A stretch of DNA of 46,673 nt from an uncultured virus (IMG/VR IMGVR_UViG_3300006120_000013) (lineage: Duplodnaviria; Heunggongvirae; Uroviricota; Caudoviricetes), in IMG/VR virus record IMGVR_UViG_3300006120_000013. One strand, written 5' to 3'. Position numbers and translations under genes: made by a program. The notes beneath the pieces were generated by a model. It saw only the letters and a list, made by a program, of their open reading frames with translations. It made no database searches and was not told the origin of the DNA. Position 1 is the stretch's first letter. Each line of letters opens with the position of its first letter. This document shows, piece by piece, positions 9,772 to 21,100 of this stretch.

Positions 9772-10116
9772 ATGGCAATACAAAGCATAGCAGTTAACTC
9801 ATCAAATACAACAATTTTCACAGCGACAAATGATCAAATGATCGCTACAATGATTTTTTGTAATACTGCTTTACCAAATCCATTACAAATAGATTCTAAT
9901 ACAACATATCTAAATGTTCATTTAGTTCCAAATGTTTCTGGTTCGGCTGGTTCTCCATCAAATACAAATTTAATAGTAAATGCATTAATGATTCCAGCAG
10001 GAGAAACTGTTTTCTTTGATACTGAAAGAATTGTTCTGCAAGCAGGTGACACTATTGTAGCAAATACAACTAGTCCAGCAGTTATTTCATGCACAATTAG
10101 TACGGTGGCAATCTAA
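9772..10116 (+). CDS. Small beta-rich fibre adaptor-like protein
   Basis: 114 aa; IFCN...IPAGET.FF..ERIVLQAGD pattern shared with 17329-17658. Confidence 0.65.
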   Translation: MAIQSIAVNSSNTTIFTATNDQMIATMIFCNTALPNPLQIDSNTTYLNVHLVPNVSGSAGSPSNTNLIVNALMIPAGETVFFDTERIVLQAGDTIVANTTSPAVISCTISTVAI

Positions 10117-10583
10117 TGAGATTTTTAAAATCACAGAATCTAAACAAGTTTAGAAGAACTGATCGTACAGTTTCTCAAGACTTTACGGGTCGTGTTGAGA
10201 TGAGATCTAATAGTACTTTGTTAGTTCCAAAAGGAAATTTAGCAGGGCGTCCACTTGCTCCTGAAAACGGACAAATTAGATATAATACAGATATAAACGA
10301 TATGGAAGTTTATGTTCAAGGAACATGGAAACAATTAAGATATAAAGAATCTACACAAATTGTTCAACAAACTCTTGGATACGGAAACTACTCACAAACA
10401 CGTTTTGGACCATTAAATCCAGTGCCGGCCGCTGGACAAAATATATTTGTTTTTGTCGAAAACGTTTTTCAAATATTTCAAGTAAACTACACATTAATTC
10501 AATTACCTGGAGGATGGTATATAAATTTTGATGAAGCTCCTCCGTCGAAACTCATAACAGTTTTACATAATTTTGATATCTAA
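10116..10583 (+). CDS. Virion structural protein
   Basis: VPKG....RP..PENGQIRYNTD...EVY..G.W motif shared with the two following fibre proteins. Confidence 0.65.
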   Translation: MRFLKSQNLNKFRRTDRTVSQDFTGRVEMRSNSTLLVPKGNLAGRPLAPENGQIRYNTDINDMEVYVQGTWKQLRYKESTQIVQQTLGYGNYSQTRFGPLNPVPAAGQNIFVFVENVFQIFQVNYTLIQLPGGWYINFDEAPPSKLITVLHNFDI

Positions 10584-10599
10584 ATCTCCAAAGATTACC

Positions 10600-10607
10600 G
10601 ATAAATA
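10600..10607 (+). promoter_or_regulatory. Late promoter GATAAATA
   Basis: Intergenic, upstream of SD GGAG and ATG 10627. Confidence 0.7.
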
Positions 10608-10626
10608 TTAAGAACTGGAGAACTAA

Positions 10627-13600
10627 ATGTCTACACAAGTTGGCCGTATATCGGGTCCGTTGCTCAAATCAAATTTGCTACGTGACGGTGTAGATCTAGC
10701 ATTTGATACTGATTTACTTTTTTTAGATGTTGTTAATAACAGAATAGGTATTAAAAATACTTCTCCTGCTAAAGATTTACACTTAAATGGTTCTTTTTAT
10801 AGTACAGGATTAATTATAGACAATTCTATAACTGTTGGTAATCTTATACTTTATGGCAATAATACTATATCAACACTTGTTGGCCCATTATATCTATCAG
10901 CAGGATCTTTAATTACAACAAGTAATACATTAACTGCTGGGCATATCAGTATTACTACTAATCAAATTCATAATGATACTCCTGGTGAAGATTTAGAAAT
11001 TGCTCCAAACGGAACAGGAAAATTATTTCTTCCATCTAATGATTTATATATTTCTGGTAGCCTACATGCTACAGGAGATATAACATTTGATAATAATGTA
11101 ATCTTTGGAGATAATACAAATCAAGACACTATAACTTTTAATGCAGATGTTAATACTCCATTACTTCCAAATGCAACATTAACTTATGATTTAGGTCAAA
11201 ATTCTCCAACTTCTTTAAAATGGAAAACAGTATACCTTAACAGTTTAACAAATTATTCTTCATTAACTTCGTCGCAAGACTTAATAGTAAATGGAACTCA
11301 TTTTGGAGTAATACAAGGAAAAATTTGGTATGTTGCTACAAATGGCAGTTCTGGAAATGCAGGAAATCATCCTAATTCACCTTTTAACAGTATCCAACTA
11401 GCATTATCAAATGCATCTTACGGTGATACTGTTTATGTTTATCCAGGAACATACACTGAAACTTTTCCTTTAACAATTCCTTCTGGAGTTACAATTAAAG
11501 GATCAGATATTAGAACTTGTATATTAGTTCCAAGCTTATTAACTAATAATCAAGATGCATTTTTACTCAATACTGATACGTCAGTTGTGAATATTACTAT
11601 TAGTAATTTTTATTATAATTCTTCTGCTAATACTGGTTATGCTTTTAAATTAGCATCTGGATTTACATTTAATAATAAATCTCCTTATATCTACAACGTT
11701 TCTGTAATAACAAAAGGATCTATTACAAGTGCTTCAGATCCAAGAGGATTTGATACGGGAGATGCAGGTAAAGCAATTTATTTAGATGGATCAGTAGCAG
11801 ATCCTTCGTCAATACAAGCAAGCATTTCTGTAGTTGATAGTACATTTATTACACCAGGTGTTGATTCTGTAACTCTAATTAACGGTGCTACAGCAGAACT
11901 TAAAAATATTTTTACTTATTACGCTAATAGAAGTTATTATGTACCACTAGGCCCTGGAAGAAATAGAACAGTCACTTTAAATACTCCTAATGATAGTCGT
12001 CTTATAAGCAGTCCTACACAATATCGTATATCAACTGTTGATGGATCAACATCACACGGAAACTATTCTAATACACTCGATGGTGGCAATGCATCATCTA
12101 CTCCAAATTCAACTGTTAACGATAACAGTAGTATAGCAGGATCTTTTCTTTGTACACAGCGTAGTTGGGAACTAAGTGGGTATAAAGTAGGATCTATTTT
12201 AACAAATTCTACATATTTTGTTCCAGGAACAGTAGTTACTAGTGTTCAAGGACCACAAACATCATATGGTATTTCTTATTATACTGTTTATATTAGTAAT
12301 AATCTAGTAACAGATATTCCATTTGGAACAAGTTTTAATGTAACTGGAAAAATTTATAATACTAATATAAAAAGTTTTAATTCTTCGAGTTGTTACGGAA
12401 ACTACAGCGCACATGCAGACGGTTTAGGATCGTTAATAAATCTTAATAATCATATGTTCTATTATGTTGGAAGTAGAAAGAATGATTATAATGATGATTC
12501 GTTGGTTTCACATACAACTGGTGTTCTTCAAACAAATTCTGGAAAAGTTTTTTATGTAAGTATTAACGAATCTGGTGTTCTTAATATCGGTGATAACTTT
12601 TATATAGATGCAATTAATAAAACAACAAGTATTAATTGGTCTGTATATAATACAATTAACGAAGTTATAACAATCGATTCTTCAAATATTTCTAGTATTA
12701 TTACTAGTACACAAATTACTACAGGAAATATTTTATTAACAGGAAATACTTTAGAATCTATTTCAGGATCTTTAAATTTTTCTGCTAATTCAACTCAAAC
12801 ATACTTACAAAGTAATGTTTCTGCTCAAACTAATTTTTATGTTTCTGGAAATCTTAATGCACAAGGTAATGTAGTACTAGGTAGTTTATCAACTAACAAT
12901 ATTATTATAAATCCTAAATTAAATCAAGATATAATACCAAAAAATGATAATTTTTATAAGTTAGGTTCTTCTTCCTCAGAATGGTTATCAGTTTGGGGTA
13001 ACGATTTTCATTTATCTAGTATTGAAATTTCTGGAAGTACTATATCGACTACTATTACAAATAGTAATTTAAATTTGTTAATAAATGGAGTAGGTACAGT
13101 TTATCTAGGATCATTAAGTTTTGGTACTAGTATAACTTCTACTGATAATATTACTCTTTCAACTGGTGCAAAATCTCTAAAGATTAATAGCAATACTGCA
13201 CTAGTATTACCTAAAAATTCCACTAGTTATATTCCAAATCCAATTACACCAGGCGGAATAATATCTGAATCTGTAACTGTAAATTTAATAATACCAAATG
13301 ATTATAGATTAGCAACACCTTCTTCTTTGAATTATTTTCGAGCTACAAAAATATCATGGGAATCAAGTGGTTTAGGTATAGGATCTCCTCTAACTAATCC
13401 ATCACAATTTGCCTCCGGAACAACTATTACAAATGTTCAAGGTCCTTATAATGATTTTGGATTAGATTATTATATAATCTTTGTCAGTAATAATCCTTTG
13501 ATAGATTTTAATCCAAATGATGTTGTTTCTTCATCAATTTATTTGTTTACAGGAGCAAACTCAACAGCAAGAATTACATTAGGTGGTGTATATTCTTCTG

Positions 13601-14106
13601 ATAGACTTACTTATGTACAACTAGATCCTACAAATCAAAAAATAAACTTTAATAGTAATGGAAATACATTACTTTCGGTAAGTTCGTTAGGATTAACTAA
13701 TGTACCTGCAATACAATTTGGTACTACAACTTTATCTAATAGTTCATTTACTTCTGGAAGTTCTAATATCACATTACAAGCCAACGGAACAGGATCAGTA
13801 AAATTTAATAGTTCTATTAAAATTAATAATAATGTTATTACTAACCTTACAAATAATCCTCTAGTATGGAATCATACAGGAACTGGATATTTAAAATTTA
13901 CCGGGTCATTAGGAATAGTTATACCATCAGGAAATGTTGGAACTAGACAACCTACACCCGAAATAGGTACAACTAGATATAATTCAGACTACGGATATAT
14001 GGAAGTTTATAATGGAACAGCATGGGTAGTATCTGCAGGATCGATTGTTACTAGCACATCTGACATTACCAATTTATCCGATATTTGGTCTCTAATACTA
14101 GGTTAA
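10627..14106 (+). CDS. Large fibre/spike protein, paralogue A (1159 aa)
   Basis: N-terminus VGRISGPLLK.NLLRDGV nearly identical to 14226; YVATNG...PF.SIQ.AL...VYPGTY beta-helix (pectin-lyase-like) entry motif; Ser/Thr/Asn-rich shaft. Confidence 0.8.
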   Translation: MSTQVGRISGPLLKSNLLRDGVDLAFDTDLLFLDVVNNRIGIKNTSPAKDLHLNGSFYSTGLIIDNSITVGNLILYGNNTISTLVGPLYLSAGSLITTSNTLTAGHISITTNQIHNDTPGEDLEIAPNGTGKLFLPSNDLYISGSLHATGDITFDNNVIFGDNTNQDTITFNADVNTPLLPNATLTYDLGQNSPTSLKWKTVYLNSLTNYSSLTSSQDLIVNGTHFGVIQGKIWYVATNGSSGNAGNHPNSPFNSIQLALSNASYGDTVYVYPGTYTETFPLTIPSGVTIKGSDIRTCILVPSLLTNNQDAFLLNTDTSVVNITISNFYYNSSANTGYAFKLASGFTFNNKSPYIYNVSVITKGSITSASDPRGFDTGDAGKAIYLDGSVADPSSIQASISVVDSTFITPGVDSVTLINGATAELKNIFTYYANRSYYVPLGPGRNRTVTLNTPNDSRLISSPTQYRISTVDGSTSHGNYSNTLDGGNASSTPNSTVNDNSSIAGSFLCTQRSWELSGYKVGSILTNSTYFVPGTVVTSVQGPQTSYGISYYTVYISNNLVTDIPFGTSFNVTGKIYNTNIKSFNSSSCYGNYSAHADGLGSLINLNNHMFYYVGSRKNDYNDDSLVSHTTGVLQTNSGKVFYVSINESGVLNIGDNFYIDAINKTTSINWSVYNTINEVITIDSSNISSIITSTQITTGNILLTGNTLESISGSLNFSANSTQTYLQSNVSAQTNFYVSGNLNAQGNVVLGSLSTNNIIINPKLNQDIIPKNDNFYKLGSSSSEWLSVWGNDFHLSSIEISGSTISTTITNSNLNLLINGVGTVYLGSLSFGTSITSTDNITLSTGAKSLKINSNTALVLPKNSTSYIPNPITPGGIISESVTVNLIIPNDYRLATPSSLNYFRATKISWESSGLGIGSPLTNPSQFASGTTITNVQGPYNDFGLDYYIIFVSNNPLIDFNPNDVVSSSIYLFTGANSTARITLGGVYSSDRLTYVQLDPTNQKINFNSNGNTLLSVSSLGLTNVPAIQFGTTTLSNSSFTSGSSNITLQANGTGSVKFNSSIKINNNVITNLTNNPLVWNHTGTGYLKFTGSLGIVIPSGNVGTRQPTPEIGTTRYNSDYGYMEVYNGTAWVVSAGSIVTSTSDITNLSDIWSLILG

Positions 14107-14117
14107 TTTACCCTCTG

Positions 14118-14125
14118 GATAAATA
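14118..14125 (+). promoter_or_regulatory. Late promoter GATAAATA
   Basis: Intergenic, ahead of a structured leader. Confidence 0.7.
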
Positions 14126-14225
14126 TTATTAACGCCGGACAATACCAACAAAGTCTGGATGTCTAAACTGTGGAAACCCGCAATGTAAGGTGGTTAGCCG
14201 TGAAACTCGGTGGTGAGGAGCGTTG

Positions 14226-17200
14226 ATGACGGTCGTTGGTCGTATCTCAGGCCCGCTCTTAAAAGCAAATCTTCTCCGAGATGGAGTTAATTTAGCTTTT
14301 GAGACTAGCCTTCTTTATTTAGACGTTAATAACCGACGCATTGGTATCAATACCAGTTCACCTACACACGATTTACATGTAAACGGAACATTAAGAACTA
14401 CTAACATTGATGGATTAACTTCTCTCACTGTTGGGGCAAATTTTCTTCTAAGCGGAAATACTTTATCAACTAGTGGATCAACACTAACACTAAGTTCAAC
14501 ATCTGGTGGAGTTATCTATCAAAATAACTTAACAGTAAGTGAAATTAATATTCAATCAAATATTATTTCAACAAATACTACAAATACAGATTTACAATTA
14601 GTAGCTAACGGAACAGGAAAAATTTCAGTTTATTCTGATATGCTTGTTCAAGGAAATATACATGCTACAGGTAATATTACTGCTGATGGTAATATTATTA
14701 TTGGTAATCAACCATCAGATATCGTAACTTTTAATGCAGATATTGCTAGTAATATTATTCCTAAGACAACAAACACTTATGATTTAGGATCAACATCAAA
14801 TCGTTGGAATAATCTATGGACTAATACAATTAATGCTAATACCATTAGCACAACTAGTTTAACAATAAACGGTATTAACATTTTACAAGGACAAGGAAAT
14901 ATTCTCTATGTTGCTACAAATGGTAGTAATTCTAACAACGGTATTTCTCAAAATAGTCCATATGCAACACTACAATATGCTTTATCACAAGCAACTTCTG
15001 GAACTACAGTTTACATATATCCAGGAACTTATCAAGAAATATTACCTTTATCTATACCTTCTGGAGTTTCTATTAAAGGTATTGAACCAAATACTGTTAT
15101 AATTACTCCGACACCTTCTACAAGCAGTAATGACGTATTCTTAATAGATGGGCAAACAACTGTTGAAGATTTAACAATAAAGAATTTTTATTATAATTCC
15201 TCTGCAAATACAGGATACGCTTTTAAATTAAAAAATGGATTTAAAGTAACAACAAAATCACCTTATATTAGAAATGTTTTTGTTATTACATCTGGATCTG
15301 TTACAAGCAACTCAGATCCTAAAGGATTTTTAACTGGAGATGCAGGTAAAGGAATATATTTTGATGGATCAGTTGCTGATTCAACTAGCAATTATGTTTC
15401 TTGCTTAGTAGATAGCACTAATTTTATAACTCCAGGTGTGGATAGTATAACCGCAACAAACGGTGTTCGTTTAGAAATTGTAAATTCAAATACATATTAT
15501 AGTAATAGAGGAATTTATGCTTATGTTTCCTCATCACAAGGTCGCGCTGGCAATGCATACACAGTTCTTAGAGTTAGTGGTGCAACAGGATCTTATAGTG
15601 TTGGAAGTACTATAAGTTATTATGTAAGTGGATCAGTAGTAGCTACCGGAACTATCTATTCAATAGGAACAGATGGAAAAATATATATTTCTGGATATTC
15701 TCCTGGATTTGTTCAAGCAACAACTGTTAATGGAATTTTACAAACACAAGATATTAGATTTAGTACTGGAGCAACTGCTCAATATATAACTTTAGCAGAT
15801 TATAGAAATTTTGGAGCAGAAATTAGAGCAGTAGGTTCTGGAAACTTCTACGGAAATTATGGTGTAGTTGGTAACGGAATTGGTGTTTATATTGATCTTT
15901 TAACACAGAGTGTTTTTTATGTTGGTTCTGGAAATAATGATAGCAATGATCCAACAACAGCAATTCAAGCAAATGAAATTGTAAGTCTTAATAATGCTCT
16001 TATAGTTTATACTGATACTAATCACAATGGTGATTTTAGAGTAGGTGGTCTTTTTTATGTAAATCAAGAAACTAATGATGTTGCATTTAATAATGTTAAT
16101 CTTAGAGTTAATGGACCATACGGCATAACATTAGTTAATGGATCTAATTCGTCAAGTATTACTCCTTATCAAATTACTACAGGAAATTTAACAGTAGCAA
16201 ATAATACAATTAGTAGTACATCAGGTAACATTAATCTTAGTGCAGCTAATAATACTATTAATTTACAAAATGATACTTATGTAACAGGTTCTTTAACTGT
16301 TTCAGGTACTACAAATATAAACGGAAATATAACACTTGGATCATCGTCTTCAAATACAATAAATTTCGTTGGCAGCATAGCAAGTGATCTTATTCCTTTA
16401 GCAAATAATACTTATAATTTAGGTAATTCTTCATATTCGTGGAGTAATATATACGCTAAAACTGCAAATATATCAAATGTTAATATAACCAATAATAATA
16501 TTCAAACAATTTCTACAGGTTCGAATCTTTATTTGAGTGGAAACGGAACTGGATCTGTTAATATTGGTAGTTTTAGTATAAATCAAAATACTATTTCTGT
16601 ATCTTCTAGCAATGATTTTATCATTACACCTGGTACAGGTAAAATAGTTAATATATCTTCAACAGGATCATTACAATTACCATCTGGAACAAGTTTACAA
16701 AGACCTACTGCTGTAGCAGGGATGATCCGTTACAATACTGATAATCATAATTATGAAGGTTATAATGGTTCTAATTGGATTGTATTAAATGGATTATATG
16801 ATGTCGCTCAGACAACTTATATAACACCAGAATTAACACCTGGAGCAGGTGATCAAACATTCCGTTTTTATATAGGTAATACACAAGTTGCAGATTTAAA
16901 TTCTACAAGATTTAATGTTAATGGAGTTACTGTTGGTAATACATACATCAGTAACAACGTTATAGGAACTACATCAAATACAGATTTAACTATTAATTCA
17001 TCATCTGGAAATATTAATATAGAATATTTTCGAATAAATGGTAGTTCAATTACTAATACTGTTTCCAATAGTATTACAACTATTTCACAAAGCGGAACAG
17101 GATATTTTAAAATAAGTGGTACTGGTGGTTTTGTTATACCTTCTGGAAACAGTCTAGGAAGACCTTCAGTACCAGAAATAGGTTTTTCCAGATATAATAC

Positions 17201-17324
17201 AGACGATGGTCGTATTGAAGTATGGAACGGAGCATCATGGGTTTCGGCAGGTGGATCATCTATCGGTGTTTCCTATAACGATGCCCAGCAAATTGCAGTA
17301 CAGATAGCGTTAATGTTAGGATAA
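14226..17324 (+). CDS. Large fibre/spike protein, paralogue B
   Basis: Same architecture as 10627; SD GAGGAG (14215-14220) 5 nt before ATG 14226; two RP...G..RYNTD motifs; ends IALMLG. Confidence 0.8.
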   Translation: MTVVGRISGPLLKANLLRDGVNLAFETSLLYLDVNNRRIGINTSSPTHDLHVNGTLRTTNIDGLTSLTVGANFLLSGNTLSTSGSTLTLSSTSGGVIYQNNLTVSEINIQSNIISTNTTNTDLQLVANGTGKISVYSDMLVQGNIHATGNITADGNIIIGNQPSDIVTFNADIASNIIPKTTNTYDLGSTSNRWNNLWTNTINANTISTTSLTINGINILQGQGNILYVATNGSNSNNGISQNSPYATLQYALSQATSGTTVYIYPGTYQEILPLSIPSGVSIKGIEPNTVIITPTPSTSSNDVFLIDGQTTVEDLTIKNFYYNSSANTGYAFKLKNGFKVTTKSPYIRNVFVITSGSVTSNSDPKGFLTGDAGKGIYFDGSVADSTSNYVSCLVDSTNFITPGVDSITATNGVRLEIVNSNTYYSNRGIYAYVSSSQGRAGNAYTVLRVSGATGSYSVGSTISYYVSGSVVATGTIYSIGTDGKIYISGYSPGFVQATTVNGILQTQDIRFSTGATAQYITLADYRNFGAEIRAVGSGNFYGNYGVVGNGIGVYIDLLTQSVFYVGSGNNDSNDPTTAIQANEIVSLNNALIVYTDTNHNGDFRVGGLFYVNQETNDVAFNNVNLRVNGPYGITLVNGSNSSSITPYQITTGNLTVANNTISSTSGNINLSAANNTINLQNDTYVTGSLTVSGTTNINGNITLGSSSSNTINFVGSIASDLIPLANNTYNLGNSSYSWSNIYAKTANISNVNITNNNIQTISTGSNLYLSGNGTGSVNIGSFSINQNTISVSSSNDFIITPGTGKIVNISSTGSLQLPSGTSLQRPTAVAGMIRYNTDNHNYEGYNGSNWIVLNGLYDVAQTTYITPELTPGAGDQTFRFYIGNTQVADLNSTRFNVNGVTVGNTYISNNVIGTTSNTDLTINSSSGNINIEYFRINGSSITNTVSNSITTISQSGTGYFKISGTGGFVIPSGNSLGRPSVPEIGFSRYNTDDGRIEVWNGASWVSAGGSSIGVSYNDAQQIAVQIALMLG

Positions 17325-17328
17325 AAAT

Positions 17329-17658
17329 ATGGCAACAACATTTTTAACTTCAGTAGTACCAAATATCGGAACAAGCTCAACAACATTAGTGTCAGCAGCA
17401 TCAAACGTTTCGATTACTATTATTGGTTTAAGTTTAGCTAACACTACAGAAAGTTTAGTTAAAGTAAGTGTTACTCTTACAGATGCTTCTAGTCACACAG
17501 GATACTATATAAAAAATGTAATGGTACCTCCAAGAACCAGTATGAAAATTGTAAATGGCGGTGAAAAATTAATTTTAGGAGCATCAAATGTATTGTCGGC
17601 AATAGCAGATAGTCCGACATCTATAGATGCTATTGTTTCTTATGTGCAGATAGTATAA
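17329..17658 (+). CDS. Small beta-rich fibre adaptor-like protein
   Basis: MATTF...IIGLSLAN...VPPRTS.KIV.GGEKLIL; resembles 9772-10116. Confidence 0.7.
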   Translation: MATTFLTSVVPNIGTSSTTLVSAASNVSITIIGLSLANTTESLVKVSVTLTDASSHTGYYIKNVMVPPRTSMKIVNGGEKLILGASNVLSAIADSPTSIDAIVSYVQIV

Positions 17659-17669
17659 GGATATAGAAC

Positions 17670-18041
17670 ATGACTGATTATTTTCTTGGTGGTAATGCAA
17701 TAACTCAAAATGATTTATTAGGTGGACAACCTAGATATTTCTACGGGTTAAGAAGAACAGATCAAGGTGATCTTTATTTTGTTAGAATTGATCAGTTAGA
17801 ACAATCTGATACAATTACAATTAATAATCCTGGACCTACTTCGGGAAATTATGATCAATTTGAGTTTGGTACAGACTTCTTTGAGGGTAGAGATGTAAAT
17901 CATAATCTAGTTTATTCTAATTTAACTTATGAACAATATCGTTGGGATAATAGAAGTATGTATTATTACATTGACTCAAATGGTGAATTAACAGCAGTAA
18001 TAGGACAGGTACATACATATCCTTCAGCAGGAAACGTATAA
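17670..18041 (+). CDS. Hypothetical virion protein (123 aa)
   Basis: SD AAGGA upstream; intact aromatic-rich ORF within the fibre cluster. Confidence 0.65.
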   Translation: MTDYFLGGNAITQNDLLGGQPRYFYGLRRTDQGDLYFVRIDQLEQSDTITINNPGPTSGNYDQFEFGTDFFEGRDVNHNLVYSNLTYEQYRWDNRSMYYYIDSNGELTAVIGQVHTYPSAGNV

Positions 18042-18078
18042 ATAATGACAACTGAATACAAAAAAATGTTGATAAATA
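18037..18078 (+). promoter_or_regulatory. Two late promoters (TATAAATA 18037, GATAAATA 18071)
   Basis: Motif matches upstream of 18117. Confidence 0.65.
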
Positions 18079-18116
18079 AAAATATCAACAAAATTTCAAG
18101 ATAAAGGTATAAGAAA

Positions 18117-21100
18117 ATGGCTGAGTTTAAAATAGGAAGATTGAGATTTGTATGGCAGGGAACATGGACTACTAGTACTAGCTATGTTAAAGACGATGTT
18201 GTTCGATTCGGTGGTAAAACATATGTATGTTTGGTAGGAAATACTTCCGGCACTTTCTATACAGATCTTGCTAGTGGTTATTGGTCATTAATGGCTGATG
18301 GATTTTCTTATCAAGGAACATGGACAACAGCAACTTCATACAAAATAGGTGACGTTGTTAGAAATGGTGGTCAATCTTATATTTGTGTTACAGGAAATAC
18401 TTCCGGCGCAACTTTTGCAGGTGACTCGGCTTATTGGAATTTATTAGCAGGTGGTATTTCTTGGAGAGGTACTTGGACACCGGCAACACTTTATAATGTT
18501 AATGATATTATTATATTTGGTGCTATTACATTTATTTGTACAACTGCAAATACTAGTTCTTCAAATTTTGCTACAGATCAATCTTCGTATTGGACAATTT
18601 TTGCACAAGGAACTCAATTTGTTAATACATGGAACAATTCTACTCAATACTCAGCAGATAGTATTGTAACTTATGGTGGTTATACTTACGTTTCATTGCA
18701 GACTAATACAGGACAAGTTCCGCCGTCTAGCCCTAGTTATTGGTCAGTTTACACAACTGGTTATAGTAATCAAGGTACATTTAGTTACGGAACAACATAC
18801 AAAGTAGGTAGTGTTGTTCAATACGGTGGTAATACATATGTTGCTATTCTTGATAATACTAATCAGTATCCAACTAATGTTACATATTGGTCAATAGTAG
18901 CATATGGTCTAAATGTTAGAGGAACATTTAGTTACGGAACACAATACAATCCAAACGATATTGTTGTTTATGGTGGTACAACTTACTATGCATTACAAGC
19001 AAATATCAATGTTTATCCTTCTGCATTAGGATCAAACTGGAAGGTATTATCGTCAGGTCTTTCTAATAGAGGAACATGGTCAAATTCAACAAATTATTTT
19101 GTTAATGATTTAGCTTCTTATGGTGCAAACATTTATATTGCTACACAAGATAATACAGGTCAAACACCAAGCACTTCAGCTTCATATTGGTCAGTATTTA
19201 ATTATGGATATAACTATGCAGGAACATGGACTTCATCAACTGCATATAAATTAGGTCAGGTTATTACATTTGGTGGTTCTCTATATCAAGCACTATCAGA
19301 CAATACTAATCAAACACCGGGTAATGTAACAATAACTGTTACTGCTACAACTACTGGTACAAACTTAATTACAGCAAGTAGCACAACAGGTTTAGCAGCT
19401 AATCAGCCAATAGTATTTGCTTCTAGTGTTGGAAATCTTGTAGCAGGTACAACTTATTATATTTTATCAGGTTTCTCAGGAACACAATTTCAAGTAAGTT
19501 CTACAATAGGCGGTACAGCATTTAGTTTATCAACAGCAGGACCTGTCTCAATTAGTGCTACACAATATGGAACTACATATTGGTCAAAATTATCTTTTGG
19601 TATTAAGAACAGAGGTACTTGGGTAACTTCAACATCATATAACGTTGACGAAATTGTAATACATGGTGCAAATGTATACATTTCATTAATAGCACATACA
19701 TCAGGTACTTTTTCATCAGATTTAAGCGCAAGCAAATGGCAAATACTTGCTAGTGGCTTAGCATGGAGAAATACTTGGGCTTCTTCTACTGTTTATTATG
19801 TAAACGACTTAGTTGTTGGTCCATCAGGATCTGTTTATATTGCACTACAAGATAATACTTCTAGCGGTACTTTTAGTACTGATTTAGGTGCGGGTTATTG
19901 GCAGATATTTGTACAATATAATTCATTCTCTCCTCCATCATACTCAACTCCAGGAACAGCATTAACAGTTGCATCGGGAGGTGCATCTCTTAGTTGGTTG
20001 AACCCAACTGGTTCTACTAATGTTCTTTATGTTGGTCCAGGTGGTGTTGATAGTGTTTCAGGTGGTTATGGTACAAGTTTAGCATTACCTTTTGCAAGTA
20101 TTAGATATGCTTGTACTCAAGCAAGTTCAGGATACACAATTTTTGTCAAATCAGGAACATATAATGAATTTCTTCCAATTACTGTTCCAGCAGGTGTTGC
20201 AGTTATTGGTGATAACGTTAGAACAACATTTGTTAATCCAGTTAGCGGAACTAGCGTAACAACTACAGTTACTCAAGTTTCATCAACTGGTAACTTAATT
20301 ACAGCAAGTAGTACAGCAAGTTTCATAGCAAATGCACCAATAACATTTAGTGCTAATCTAGGTAATCTTGTTGCAGGTACTGTTTATTATATTGTAAGTG
20401 GTTTTGGTGCAACTACTTTCCAAGTAAGTTTAACATCAGGTGGTTCAGTTTTTAATCCAGGAACTGCTACAGGATCAATCAGTGCTACACAATACGGTGA
20501 CTTAACTGGTTTAATTCCAAACAATCAATCAACAATGTTTAAACTAAGTGATAATACTTCTCTTCGTGAAATGACATTCCAGAATATGACTGGTTGGGTT
20601 CCAGGTGGAACAGCAAACGACATTACAACATCAACTCCTAAAGGTATCTATATTGGATTTAATTCAGGAGCAATTACTAGACCACCGAGTGTTTCAAATT
20701 GTACAACAAGTACGGCTTCAGGAGCAATCGGTGCTTATCTAGATGGTTCAGTAGTTACTGGATTAAAAACAGCAAGTTTCCGTTATTTTAACGTTCAAAG
20801 TGATACAGGTGTTGGTATTTGGGCTACAAATAATGCAAGACCTGAAGTAATTACAAGCGCAACATCATATTGCTATTTCAGTTATGCTGCTACAAATGGT
20901 GGTTTTATAAGACTTAACAATTGTAAAACAAACTGGGGTACTTATGGTTTAACTTCTAGAGGTTATCTATCTTCAGAAACTGCAATTACTGGTAATGTTG
21001 TTGGACAACAATTAAACTTTACATATAACACAGGTAATATTAACGTAGGTGATACTGTTACTTCAGTAACTAGTGGTGGTACTGCTACAGTTATCGGTGT

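Noticed and set aside
14148..14200. c-di-GMP-I riboswitch (CAAAG...GTCTAAAC resemblance)
   Set aside because: The GGCAAACC...GAAA stem and matching P1 are absent; kept only as an unassigned structured leader.
19323..19568. Inserted modules as inteins
   Set aside because: No Cys/Ser start with a His-Asn end and no splicing motifs; the modules look like structural beta domains.
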